Below are positions 34,866 to 44,435 of a stretch of 64,000 nucleotides of DNA, one piece after another. This DNA is from Deltaproteobacteria bacterium (GTDB taxonomy: Bacteria; Bdellovibrionota_B; Oligoflexia; Oligoflexales; Bog-1112), in NCBI GenBank assembly GCA_947475005.1, contig CANJLI010000004.1, positions 1,942 to 65,941 of the forward strand, in the 5' to 3' direction. How positions within the stretch are numbered: the stretch's first letter is position 1; every line of letters begins with the position of its first letter. The notes beneath the pieces are model-generated. The model was given only the letters and a program-made list of their open reading frames with translations. It made no database searches and was not told the DNA's origin. A program made the translations under genes and the position numbers.

Positions 34866-34942
34866 GAGATTGGGTCCACCTACCGAATTATGGGAGCGGG
34901 GGGTTCCCCCGCTCCCATAATTCGGTAGGTGGACCCAATCTC
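34866..34942. repeat. B-family long hairpin (upstream flank of the RAYT gene)
   Basis: GAGATTGGGTCCACCTACCGAATTATGGGAGCGGGGGGTTCCCCCGCTCCCATAATTCGGTAGGTGGACCCAATCTC. The arm change C>T is mirrored on the other arm. Confidence 0.9.
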
Positions 34943-35154
34943 TCAGAAAAAACCGCACCCCCGCGAAAATAAAACAACAGGGGGTGGGGGCCCCTGCTGC
35001 TGGCGCGGAAAATGAAGAGCCCCTTTGAGTAAATGACATCATAATTCCCCACATTTTCTACATTGCAAAAATCGATCCAACTCCACTAAAGTAGTACCTA
35101 TCAACATCTTCCTATTTTTCAATTTGTCTGGGTTATTTTTGTATAGAGGGCGCT

Positions 35155-36498
35155 ATGCGAGTCGCTCCGTTTTTACATTGGATGCACCAGCTCCTTCTTG
35201 GCACGTGCATCGTATTTGCTCAAGCCCCTCTGCACGCCACAGAAATCGATTGGCTGGCAATAGGCGATGCGCGGGGATTTATTGCCCCCTGTGGATGTGA
35301 CCCCCACACCGATTTAGGTGGGATCAAACGCATTGCCACCTTGCTCCACCGAGAACACCTCACCCATCCTGCTGCATTGATCTTACACCTTGGCAATTCG
35401 ATCTCTCTGCTCCCAGAAGATGCCCGAAAAAATACATTCATTCAAAAAGCCCTGGCTGAACTCCCCCTCACCGCCTCCCTCTACAATGAAGGGGAACTCT
35501 TGCACCCAGAGGGGTTGGCAGATCTTCCCTACGTATTAAGCAACGCAAAGAAAAAAGGCGTATATCAATCCATGCGCCGCGTAAGCACGTACGAGATTTG
35601 GGGATTTACATGGGCAGAAAGCATTGAATCTCAGGTCGAAACATGGGCCCAATTTGAATCTGCGCACCATTCGGAGTGGGAAAAAACAGATCCTGCAATC
35701 CAACGCATCCTCTTATTCTCCGGCCCTACTTCTATGCTACAAGCGGCAAGCCATCATCCGTGGGCCCTCATTGTAAGTGCAAATACAAATAAATATGGAG
35801 ATGCAATCGGGGATGAAGAACGAAAAGATCCAGCTCGTCTGGTGCGGTTGGATCATCCCTTTGTGCGAATGGTACCTCTTGCGGGACAAGGCGTTCTCCG
35901 GGGTGGAAGTTTAACACTGAGCGACACCCCTTCTCTAGCTTCTCTCTTACAACCTGATGCATCTACACAAATCAAAAACACCCCACGATCCCCTCTCGAA
36001 AGAATCGAGATCACGTGGCTCGATACCCAATATGAAGAAGCTTCCCCTGCAGCGGCTCTATTTGCTCAGTATGAAAAAGAAGAGGCAGAGTTTTTTGAAC
36101 AACAACGAGAAAAGAAAAAGCGCGAGCAAGCTGAAAGCCCATTTGCAGGATCTGCAGCTTGCAAAGGATGTCATGCAAGCGCATACGGCATCTGGGAGCA
36201 TTCCAAGCATGCCCACGCCTATGGGACCTTACAGGACAAAAACAAACACCACATCTCCGAATGCGTTGGATGTCATGTGGTGGGATTTTCAAAACCAGGG
36301 GGATTTATCTCTGCGGAAGACACTCCGCATTTAGCAGGGGTACAATGTGAAAATTGCCATGGGCCCCGAAAAGCCCACAGCATGAATCCCACTCTAAAAG
36401 GGGAGGCAGCAACGCCTTGCGTCGCCTGCCATAAGCAACCTCACTCCCCCGCCTTTTCTGAATCTACCTACTGGGAGAAGATTCATCATGGAAGATAG
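35155..36498 (+). CDS. Secreted tetra-haem c-type cytochrome with large N-terminal domain
   Basis: It has the signal MRVAPFLHWMHQLLLGTCIVFAQAPLHA. The four CxxCH motifs are CKGCH, CVGCH, CENCH and CVACH. The N-terminal domain has GDARGFIAPCGCDPHTDLGG. Confidence 0.8.
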   Translation: MRVAPFLHWMHQLLLGTCIVFAQAPLHATEIDWLAIGDARGFIAPCGCDPHTDLGGIKRIATLLHREHLTHPAALILHLGNSISLLPEDARKNTFIQKALAELPLTASLYNEGELLHPEGLADLPYVLSNAKKKGVYQSMRRVSTYEIWGFTWAESIESQVETWAQFESAHHSEWEKTDPAIQRILLFSGPTSMLQAASHHPWALIVSANTNKYGDAIGDEERKDPARLVRLDHPFVRMVPLAGQGVLRGGSLTLSDTPSLASLLQPDASTQIKNTPRSPLERIEITWLDTQYEEASPAAALFAQYEKEEAEFFEQQREKKKREQAESPFAGSAACKGCHASAYGIWEHSKHAHAYGTLQDKNKHHISECVGCHVVGFSKPGGFISAEDTPHLAGVQCENCHGPRKAHSMNPTLKGEAATPCVACHKQPHSPAFSESTYWEKIHHGR

Positions 36499-36500
36499 CT

Positions 36501-36539
36501 GAGATCCCATACGGCTGCTACGCAGCCTTGGGATGACGG
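36501..36539. repeat. A-family right half copy between convergent genes
   Basis: GAGATCCCATACGG-CTGCTACGCAG-CCTTGGGATGACGG lies between the cytochrome stop (36498) and the dnaK stop (36560). Confidence 0.85.
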
Positions 36540-36559
36540 AAATGGCGCCCCCTTTCCAG

Positions 36560-38467
36560 CTACTTACCACCTTCTTCATATTCAGCATCGACCACATCGT
36601 CCTTCGGTGCTTTCTTGTCCTCAGAAGTTGGACCGGCATGGCCATCAGTTCCACCACCCTGTCCACCTTGCTTATAGACTTGCTCCGTGAGCTTATGGAG
36701 CTTGGCTTCGAATTCAGTTTTGGCTGCCTTCAATACCTCCGCATCCTCACTCGTCAACTTGGACTTTGCAGTCTGCATCGCAGATTCAACTTCAGCGACG
36801 AGGTCAGCTTGTAGCTTATCCTTGTTGTCTCGCAACAGTTTTTCTGCCTGGTACACCAGAGAGTCCAACTGGTTGTGAGCCTCTACCTTTTCACGCAACT
36901 TGCGGTCAGCCTCTACGTTGGCTTCGCCCTCTTTTACCATGCGCTTAATTTCATCTTCTGACAGCTTGGTCTCTGCTGTGATGACAATCTTCTGCTCTTT
37001 GCCTGTACCCATATCCTTGGCAGAAGCAGCTACGATCCCGTTGGCATCGATATCGAAGGTAACTTCAATCTGCGGCACACCCCTTGGAGCCGGTGGGATG
37101 TCCACAAGGCTAAAGCGTCCGAGTTGTCGATTGCTCGCAGCCATTTCACGTTCCCCTTGCAGCACAACAATTTCCACAGAGGTTTGGTTGTCAGCTGCAG
37201 TCGAGAAAATCTGACTCTTTCGCGTCGGAATCGTGGTGTTGCGATCGATGAGCTTGGTCATGATGCCCCCTTGGGTTTCAATTCCCAAAGACAACGGGGT
37301 TACATCAAGCAACAAGACATCCTTTACATCCCCAGCCAAAATTCCAGCTTGGATGGCAGCACCGACGGAAACCACTTCGTCTGGGTTTACAGATCGGTTG
37401 GGCTCTTTGCCAAAAAATTCTTTTACTTTTTTCTGTACCAAGGGCACACGGGTCGATCCACCGACGAGCAAGACCTCGTCGATCTCTTCCATCTTTACCC
37501 CAGAGTCCTTGATGACCTGACGGCACGGAGCCAAGGTCTTCTCTACGATGTCCATGATCAACTTCTCAAAGGTAGCCCGTGTCAACGTAAGGGTTAAATG
37601 CTTGGGCCCTGTTTGATCTGCCGTTAAGAAAGGCAGGTTGATTTCGGTTTGTACGGAAGAAGACAACTCGATCTTTGCCTTTTCTGCTGCTTCTTTCAGA
37701 CGTTGAAGGGCCATTGGGTCCTTGGAAACATCGATCCCACTTTCATTCTTAAAAGTATCGATCAAATTTTGGATCAACAACTCATCCAAGTTGTCACCAC
37801 CCAAGTGAGTGTCTCCGTTGGTAGCCAATACTTCCACCACATTCTCACCGACTTCGAGCAAGGATACGTCGAAGGTACCGCCCCCGAAATCGTACACGAT
37901 AATCTTGTGATTTTGCTTCTTGTCAGAGCCGTAAGCCAAGGCAGCTGCAGTGGGCTCAGCTACGATACGCTTTACATCCAATCCAGCAATTTTTCCTGCG
38001 TCTTTGGTGGCTTGGCGCTGAGAGTCATTGAAGTAAGCCGGTACGGTGATTACCGCTTCGGTTACAGACTCTCCCAAATAATCTTCTGCGGCCTGCTTGA
38101 GTTTGCCCAAGATTTTTGCAGAAACTTCAATGGGAGACATCTCTTTGCCTGCAACTTCGAATACACAGGCACCGCCTTTTCCTGCTTTTACAATGTAGGG
38201 CATGCGCTTTGACTCGTCTTCGCGCTCAGAGAACTTGCACCCAACAAATCGCTTTGCAGAAAAAATCGTGTTTCTTGGGTTGGTTACCGCTTGTCGGCGA
38301 GCGGAAGCGCCCACCAAAACTTCTCCGTCTTTCGTGACTGCCACAACGCTAGGTGTTGTGCGTTGCCCTTCTGCGTTGGCAATAATCACGGGCTTTCCGT
38401 GTTCCATAACGGAAACCACAGAGTTGGTGGTGCCTAAGTCAATTCCGATGATGCGACTCTTACTCAT
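36560..38467 (-). CDS. dnaK: Molecular chaperone DnaK (Hsp70)
   Basis: A 635-aa ORF with [10 protein letters not shown] and DLGGGTFD-type blocks throughout. No grpE or dnaJ lies adjacent. Confidence 0.97.
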   Translation of the reverse strand: MSKSRIIGIDLGTTNSVVSVMEHGKPVIIANAEGQRTTPSVVAVTKDGEVLVGASARRQAVTNPRNTIFSAKRFVGCKFSEREDESKRMPYIVKAGKGGACVFEVAGKEMSPIEVSAKILGKLKQAAEDYLGESVTEAVITVPAYFNDSQRQATKDAGKIAGLDVKRIVAEPTAAALAYGSDKKQNHKIIVYDFGGGTFDVSLLEVGENVVEVLATNGDTHLGGDNLDELLIQNLIDTFKNESGIDVSKDPMALQRLKEAAEKAKIELSSSVQTEINLPFLTADQTGPKHLTLTLTRATFEKLIMDIVEKTLAPCRQVIKDSGVKMEEIDEVLLVGGSTRVPLVQKKVKEFFGKEPNRSVNPDEVVSVGAAIQAGILAGDVKDVLLLDVTPLSLGIETQGGIMTKLIDRNTTIPTRKSQIFSTAADNQTSVEIVVLQGEREMAASNRQLGRFSLVDIPPAPRGVPQIEVTFDIDANGIVAASAKDMGTGKEQKIVITAETKLSEDEIKRMVKEGEANVEADRKLREKVEAHNQLDSLVYQAEKLLRDNKDKLQADLVAEVESAMQTAKSKLTSEDAEVLKAAKTEFEAKLHKLTEQVYKQGGQGGGTDGHAGPTSEDKKAPKDDVVDAEYEEGGK

Positions 38468-38594
38468 ATGCGACTCCTCAAGTGTTTATTATTATTAGTA
38501 TTTATAAAATCCGCGCAACCGTCAGGACTCGTTGTCCCCAAGATAAGTCTGGATTTGCAGCTGTCAACCGCTCTTTTCTTTATTTTTCTTGTTT

Positions 38595-38919
38595 GGAGCT
38601 GACTTTGAGTGAGATCCCATACGGCCTACGGCCTTGGGATGACGAAGAGCAAGCGCCTCCGTCATCCCAAAGATCCGGTCGAGGAAGCGCCTCCGTCATC
38701 CCAAAGATCCGGTCGAGGAAGCGCCTCCGTCATCCCATACGGTCCAAAAGATCGGGTCCACCTACCGAATTAAAGCAGAGGGGGAATCCCCCTCTGCTTT
38801 AATTCGGTAGGTGGACCCGATCTCTATGGGATCTCCGAATTCGGTAGGTGGACCCGATCTCTCCGGTATGGAGCTGACTTTGAGTGAGATCCCATACGGC
38901 CTACGGCCTTGGGATGACG
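38595..38919. repeat. Nested repeat cluster (50-bp direct repeats flanking a 34-bp tandem, a B hairpin and a partial B arm)
   Basis: The 50-mer GGAGCTGACTTTGAGTGAGATCCCATACGGCCTACGGCCTTGGGATGACG occurs at 38595 and 38870. A 34-bp unit runs x2.6 at 38651-38737, and a B palindrome sits at about 38748-38824. Confidence 0.9.
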
Positions 38920-40130
38920 GAGGAGATCGGGGGAAAGCACTCCAAGAGAGCCCCGCACCAAGCGGTCTCTCGAAACCATTCCTGCGGAGCGAGGGTGAGA
39001 ACCTGAGCATCGGACAAGGTCAACACCCCAGTATCTAAAGCCTGTTGCACCCAGGGAGTTGGCACGAAGGCCCGCTGGGGTTTCTCCAGAATGAGGGAAA
39101 GATTGACACCATAGTGAGAGCGCAAAGCAGCCCCCACGTATTCCAACAGCCACGACTCCCCATCCCGTTGGGTTTCCATCACCAGATCCGGTTGAATCTG
39201 TGCAAGAGCAGAGCCAGAAAAAAGCGGAGAGGGCATGGAGAGAAAAGCTCGCAAGCCTTTCGGATACTGATACCGAATGCCCCAAGGGGTGCCATCGGGA
39301 ATATAGCCCCAGGCCCCAGCTCCCAAGGCAATGTACGGCACATCTTGCCAGTAGAGCGCGTTGTGACGAGCTGCAAATCCCGGTCGGTACCAGTTGGATA
39401 CCTCCTCCTGAAGATAGCCCTTGGTAGCCAAGAAAGACTGAGCGGCCTCATAGAACTCCGCTTGGGATTCCTCCTCGGGGCTTTGAATCAGCTTGCGCTC
39501 ATGGGCCCGTCCGATGGGCGTTTGGGGGGCATAAGTCAAATTGTATAAGCTCAAGTGAGTAGGGGAAAAGGCAACCGCTGCCTCGAGGTCTCGCTTCCAA
39601 TCCTCCAGACTCTGCCCAGGCCAACTGTAGATCAAATCTAAGTTGTAGGAAGAAAAAGCCTTGGGCAACAAGGAGAGGGTGCTCTGCAATTGAGCCGGGG
39701 TATGATCTCGGGTGAGGAACCGAAGGCCCTTCTCCTCAAAGGTTTGCACCCCCACTGAGACCCGATTGATACCCAGCTTTTGCCAACCTGCAAGGGCTTC
39801 AGGCGTGAGGTTCTTGGGATTGGCCTCCAGGGTAATCTCCGCATCGGGCATCAAGTACGGGGCCAGCATAGTAAACAAGGTCTCGTACTCCCGCACAAAA
39901 AGTCCGGGCGTGCCTCCCCCAAAGTACAGGGAGGTAAACCGAACCCCTCGTGGCACTGCGACGTGGGTCAACCACTCTGCAAGATGCTGATGCAACACCG
40001 AAAAATACTGAGCGACGGTTGCGTCGTCCCATCGTGCGGTCTTGGCAAAGTCACAGTAGTGGCAAAGCTCACTGCAAAAGGGGATATGAATGTAGAGCCC
40101 CCACAGGGGAGGCGATTGGGTCGTATGCAT
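38901..40130 (-). CDS. hemW: Radical SAM haem chaperone HemW (coproporphyrinogen III oxidase-like)
   Basis: It has the radical SAM motif YIHIPFCSELCHYCDF. The last codons (..SSVIPRP, stop) are encoded by the A-type repeat. Confidence 0.85.
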   Translation of the reverse strand: MHTTQSPPLWGLYIHIPFCSELCHYCDFAKTARWDDATVAQYFSVLHQHLAEWLTHVAVPRGVRFTSLYFGGGTPGLFVREYETLFTMLAPYLMPDAEITLEANPKNLTPEALAGWQKLGINRVSVGVQTFEEKGLRFLTRDHTPAQLQSTLSLLPKAFSSYNLDLIYSWPGQSLEDWKRDLEAAVAFSPTHLSLYNLTYAPQTPIGRAHERKLIQSPEEESQAEFYEAAQSFLATKGYLQEEVSNWYRPGFAARHNALYWQDVPYIALGAGAWGYIPDGTPWGIRYQYPKGLRAFLSMPSPLFSGSALAQIQPDLVMETQRDGESWLLEYVGAALRSHYGVNLSLILEKPQRAFVPTPWVQQALDTGVLTLSDAQVLTLAPQEWFRETAWCGALLECFPPISSVIPRP

Positions 40131-40144
40131 AGAGGAGAGGTGTA

Positions 40145-42166
40145 TCAGTGTTTTGCAGCTGCTGCAGCATTATCTTGCGCAAGGAGGGAATCGAGCACCC
40201 CAGATCGAAGGGCAATCTGCGTATTGATCTCATCAAGAGTAGCGTCGACACTCCCCATGGCTTGGGCATATCCGGAGAGCCCATTGCTTGTGTCTCCAGC
40301 GAGGCCGAAGACGTTCAACGAACCCAACACCGCAATGATGATACCTCCAAGCGCAAGAATACCCCCTACCCACTTCATGGCAGTGCCCCCTGTATTCTTT
40401 ACCCTTGCTCCTGGCTCACCCGCCTTCTTAAAGAAATTATTTGTAGCATTGGTGGCCTTAGCTCTCATTGAGCTCTCGCCACCCTTAGTACCTGGTTGAG
40501 TCTTTTCTGCCACGTCCCCAACAGGGGCAGGGCCCGCGAAGATATCTGCGAATTTCTGTCTTTCCGCTTTTGTCAGAGGGGCTGCTTTTACAACTTTCTG
40601 CATCGCATCTACCCGCTTTTCCGGCGTTATTGGATCCGTGGGTGTTGCCTTCGCCACCGCTTCTTGCGCCTTTGCCAAGTCCCCAGGAGTGTACGATCCC
40701 GGAGCTTTTTTTAATGCAGCAACTCTCTCAGGCCCTAAAGCCGTCCTAACCTCTTTTATTTTAGTTAAATCACCAACATTAACTAAATCGGCTGGTAATG
40801 TCGCTGACAGCAGCACAAGCTTTTTAAACGCCAATTTTGTATTATTTATCCGATACTTATGGAGTAGCTTTTGAGGCCCCCCAAAAAGAATCGCAACCCC
40901 CAGCACCGCCATCAAGGTACCGGCAAATATAGTGCCACCACGGGTAGCTGCATTGGGGCCGCCTCCCGATTCCACTACTTCGGTAGCCGTAGAAACACAA
41001 ATCCCTTGGGCTTGATCCCAAATAGTCCCAGAGTCAGAGGCACATCGCAAAATACACGCACTACTCGCATTGTCCCACGATTGATCCTCATGACAAGAGT
41101 CCGACCCCACAAAGGAAGTTTGATTCGTTGTATCCAGACTTGGATTTGAATGCGTAGCAGGATTCGTTGCCGTTTGGGAGATCGGCTTTGTATTGGTCCC
41201 CGCATTTGTCTTGGTCTGAGTGCCAAGGGCGCCTCCACAAGCAGCCAACGAATCGGTAGTTGCCAAGGCAAGCTCTGTAGAATCCGGATCCGAGGTTGCC
41301 AAATCATCAGCCTCCTCGGCAAGCGCATCTGAATTGGCTGCAGCTAAGGCCAGCTGATAGGGGCCAATACCCGCAAATGTTTTTGCCATGCTATTCAAAT
41401 ACTCGGTGGATTTGCTTACCAAGGCAGGATCTGCGGGGCCCGCACTCGAGCTTGTACCCCCAGCAAGAGCCAGAGGAGAAGTCACATCCGGAACAGAAGC
41501 AGGGGCCTTGGCAAGAGGCACAGAAGCGTTAAACATTTGTTGCCCCACCGCTACGAATTGTGTTTGCAACGTATAGAGCTCATCCAAAATCGAGGCGTAT
41601 TTTCCATTGTTACTACTGAAATTAGTTGGGAGCTTAAAAATAAAGGTTTTCCCTGCTTCACAAGAAAGAGAATTGGGATCTATCGTTTGGTTATTTTGAT
41701 GCAATATGGCATCGCGCTGTTGAGATACACAGGACTGCACGGTAAATTGTACGACTTGGCCTTCAAACTGTTGTAGAGAGGGAAGTGCCCCACACCCCAA
41801 CGATATGGACCATTCCTGGTCAGTGGGATAACATCCCGCTGCGACATTAGACTGGGAGCAGGCCTTCCAACGGATTACATCTGCATCTTCATCCATATCA
41901 CAATTCAACTGCAGCGGTTTGTACGCACTGCCGCTTTCACCAGTCAATTGTAATTCCGCATTTTGGGTAGACATCGTATGCGGCGCCACCAAAGGCAAGC
42001 TGCTATCTGGAAAGGTAATGCCTGCCAACCCTTGTGCACAGGCAGAACCATCAGTCGGAGCCGCTGGCTCTGAGCTGGAACTCGAAGCTTTCTTGCAGTG
42101 CAGCTGCAAGAAAGAGAGACTCAGACAAAGCAAAACCTGATAGAAGCGAGACGATCTATATTGCAT
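40145..42166 (-). CDS. Large hypothetical secreted/membrane protein (Cys-rich middle, two C-terminal TM segments)
   Basis: A 673-aa ORF with an N-terminal hydrophobic signal-like segment, low-complexity S/T/A-rich tracts, and the TM-like stretches GTLMAVLGVAILFGG and WVGGILALGGIIIAVLGSL. Confidence 0.65.
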   Translation of the reverse strand: MQYRSSRFYQVLLCLSLSFLQLHCKKASSSSSEPAAPTDGSACAQGLAGITFPDSSLPLVAPHTMSTQNAELQLTGESGSAYKPLQLNCDMDEDADVIRWKACSQSNVAAGCYPTDQEWSISLGCGALPSLQQFEGQVVQFTVQSCVSQQRDAILHQNNQTIDPNSLSCEAGKTFIFKLPTNFSSNNGKYASILDELYTLQTQFVAVGQQMFNASVPLAKAPASVPDVTSPLALAGGTSSSAGPADPALVSKSTEYLNSMAKTFAGIGPYQLALAAANSDALAEEADDLATSDPDSTELALATTDSLAACGGALGTQTKTNAGTNTKPISQTATNPATHSNPSLDTTNQTSFVGSDSCHEDQSWDNASSACILRCASDSGTIWDQAQGICVSTATEVVESGGGPNAATRGGTIFAGTLMAVLGVAILFGGPQKLLHKYRINNTKLAFKKLVLLSATLPADLVNVGDLTKIKEVRTALGPERVAALKKAPGSYTPGDLAKAQEAVAKATPTDPITPEKRVDAMQKVVKAAPLTKAERQKFADIFAGPAPVGDVAEKTQPGTKGGESSMRAKATNATNNFFKKAGEPGARVKNTGGTAMKWVGGILALGGIIIAVLGSLNVFGLAGDTSNGLSGYAQAMGSVDATLDEINTQIALRSGVLDSLLAQDNAAAAAKH

Positions 42167-42331
42167 ACAAACATCCCAACTTTGTAAGTTACTTTTAGCC
42201 TCAGTACAATTCTACCCCATACATAAGAGATGTCACAAAGTTAGCGAGAGAAAAACATGCAAAGATCCTTGTGGGTTTTGTAAAAATCACCTATGAGCCT
42301 CTGAAGGAAAAAACTCCTTAAGAGGTCAAAA

Positions 42332-44266
42332 ATGCAGAGAAAATTAGTTTTATGGGTGACAATTGGATGGATGTTTGGGCACACAAAAGGAAGTCTGGCC
42401 CACCCTCCCACCACCTGCAACATCCTAATCGATGGCATCTCTTGCCCAACCTTGACTCTCCCAGAACAAAAAGAGGTTAAACGGCTCTGCAAACAATCTA
42501 AAATCTCCATCAATTGTGGAGATGGGGTCTGCAAAAGCCCTAAAAATGACCTGAACTGTCCCTGCGACTGTCGAAAAGGAGAGAACCATCTCATCACCGA
42601 GGCCAAAACAGGCTCCTACAATGGGCGTACCTTTTGCCCCCAAGAACAAATCGTTAAACACGCATACAGTGAAGCCGATATCATCCGTCTGATTGGGGAA
42701 GCCCGAGAGCAGAATCTCCACGTAAAAGCAGTCGGGGCCTCTCACACCGACAATGCAGCCATCTGTACGTCGGGTATGGTGGTTGCAACCAACAAGATGA
42801 AGAAAATTCTTGGCATCCACACCAAACCCGATGGCACTCGCGTCGTACGAGCCCAAGCGGGCGTTACCATTGGGGAGCTCGGTCGATGGTTGCACGATCA
42901 TAACTATGTAAACGGGTATGGCATCGTGGGCTATCATTTGGTCACCCTCGCAGGCGTATTGGGGACCGGAGCTCACGGCAGCGCCGTCAAGCACTCCTCC
43001 CTTCTTTCTGACGAGGTCTATACCATCCGTATGGTCCTGGCAGATGGAACCGTTTCTGAATTCTCTCGTGCCACAACAGGCAAAACCGATCCTCAACTGT
43101 GGAATGCTTTACGGGTGAACCTCGGTATGTTTGGGATCACATCAGAAGTTGAAATTGCGGTTCAAGATGACTTCTTGGTGCATATGGTAACGGAATCCCA
43201 CCCCGATGACAATCTGTACAAACAAGATGGACTATGGAATCTCATTCGAAAATGTGACGTGGCAAACGTAAGCTATTTTCCACCTCGAAAATCTTCTCAT
43301 TTCTTTGAAAAAAACCACCACGGAAAAGCCATCATCAACTGCGGCACTAGCATCTATAAACGCGCAGATGAATCATGGGGGGATTTTGAAAAAAAGGCAG
43401 ACCCAGGCGGGCAATTCATACTTCATGCACCGCATGTAGGCAATTTCTTTTGGGGCATTTATCTCAATCGACTGCACAAATCTGCCTGCGATAACAGCTA
43501 TGCCTGCACCATGGAATCCTTGCGTCGAAGTCAATTGGTGGATTCACCTCCGTACATTCGGCATAAAAGTGCCACCGACGAGACCTGGTTCCATCGCCCC
43601 AAAGGCATCACTGGATTTGCCTATTTCATGCAAAACAGCACAGGCAGTGAACGCGGGATGCAATTTCGGCAAACGGACTGGGAAGTTGCCATTCCCATGC
43701 GTCATTGGGCCAAAGCATTTCAACTTTTGCGAGATTACATGACCGAAACCCAGCCGGATGGCACGCCTAAATTTTGCCTCCCGCTCATGGGGGTCTACAT
43801 TCGATTCTCCCTCGTGACCGATGCATTGATGTCCCACGGAAGCGTGGGGGGTGATTTTAAACTGGGTGAACCTGTGATGTTTATGGAAATTCCCGAATTC
43901 ATTCCTTCATTTGATATTAAAGCCCCCGAAGATCAAAAATTGGCTGCCTTAATTCTCACGCAGCATGAATCCCACTACCGAGGTTATGTGGAAATGATGC
44001 TTAAAAATGTAGATGCACGGGTTCATTGGGCTAAAAATCGACCTGAATTGTTCCAACTTCAACAAAAAACCAATCCAGTTCGCAAAGCACAAATCGAAGA
44101 TTTCAATAAACAAATTATTCGATTGGATCCTACCGGGGTTTTCCTAAATGACTTTATGAGCGAATTGGGCATTCGTTATCCTTCCTCCATGCAAAAGCAA
44201 TCCCAGCAAAAGCAAAAAGGAGAGCCTCTGAAAATTAAAGTACGAGAAGCCTCCAAAGCAGAATAA
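42332..44266 (+). CDS. FAD-linked oxidase of the gulono-/arabinono-1,4-lactone oxidase type with Cys-rich N-terminal region
   Basis: The FAD_binding_4-like blocks are HVKAVGASHT and TLAGVLGTGAHGS, and the ALO-like C-terminal block is ARVHWAKN. A signal-like N-terminus is followed by 8 Cys within ~60 aa. Confidence 0.75.
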   Translation: MQRKLVLWVTIGWMFGHTKGSLAHPPTTCNILIDGISCPTLTLPEQKEVKRLCKQSKISINCGDGVCKSPKNDLNCPCDCRKGENHLITEAKTGSYNGRTFCPQEQIVKHAYSEADIIRLIGEAREQNLHVKAVGASHTDNAAICTSGMVVATNKMKKILGIHTKPDGTRVVRAQAGVTIGELGRWLHDHNYVNGYGIVGYHLVTLAGVLGTGAHGSAVKHSSLLSDEVYTIRMVLADGTVSEFSRATTGKTDPQLWNALRVNLGMFGITSEVEIAVQDDFLVHMVTESHPDDNLYKQDGLWNLIRKCDVANVSYFPPRKSSHFFEKNHHGKAIINCGTSIYKRADESWGDFEKKADPGGQFILHAPHVGNFFWGIYLNRLHKSACDNSYACTMESLRRSQLVDSPPYIRHKSATDETWFHRPKGITGFAYFMQNSTGSERGMQFRQTDWEVAIPMRHWAKAFQLLRDYMTETQPDGTPKFCLPLMGVYIRFSLVTDALMSHGSVGGDFKLGEPVMFMEIPEFIPSFDIKAPEDQKLAALILTQHESHYRGYVEMMLKNVDARVHWAKNRPELFQLQQKTNPVRKAQIEDFNKQIIRLDPTGVFLNDFMSELGIRYPSSMQKQSQQKQKGEPLKIKVREASKAE

Positions 44267-44267
44267 A

Positions 44268-44340
44268 AGGGGACACCCCGTTGGGGTGTCCCCGAAAGGG
44301 ATTGGGGACAGCTACCCATCTTTCTTATTGTCCCCAATCC
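44268..44340. repeat. C-family hairpin (loop type 3) plus a second 13-bp-stem hairpin
   Basis: The first is GGGGACACCCCGTTGGGGTGTCCCC at 44268-44292. The second is GGGATTGGGGACA-N18-TGTCCCCAATCCC at 44297-44340. Confidence 0.85.
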
Positions 44341-44435
44341 CATCTCATTCCCATTCGTCAAAAACCCAAAAACTTGAAAAATAAGCGCCCGCCCGCTAAA
44401 ATAAAAAAAAGACCAAAAAAATAGGCGTAAGCAAA

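Larger units (their letters stand above)
34127..34942. mobile_element. RAYT locus: REP-associated tyrosine transposase gene bracketed by two B-family hairpins
   Basis: B copies at 34127-34202 and 34866-34942 flank the Y1-transposase-like gene. This is the arrangement described for REP/RAYT systems. Confidence 0.75.

Noticed and set aside
38468-38600. I looked upstream of dnaK for a heat-shock regulatory element (CIRCE or a sigma32-type promoter).
   Set aside because: I found no TTAGCACTC-N9-GAGTGCTAA inverted repeat and no convincing CTTGAA...CCCCAT pair. The only candidate is a TTGACA with a poor -10 (ATCTTG), which is too weak to report.
38824-40499. Several 90-240-aa ORFs on both strands overlap hemW (for example 39780..40499 on the plus strand and 38824..39285 on the minus strand).
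   Set aside because: The hemW frame carries the radical-SAM CxxxCxxC motif and family-wide collinearity. The alternatives are Arg/Pro/Gly-rich shadow frames, some of which start in repeats.
42425-43096. A 223-aa minus-strand ORF lies inside the FAD-linked oxidase gene.
   Set aside because: It is antisense to conserved FAD-binding blocks and has no RBS or motif.
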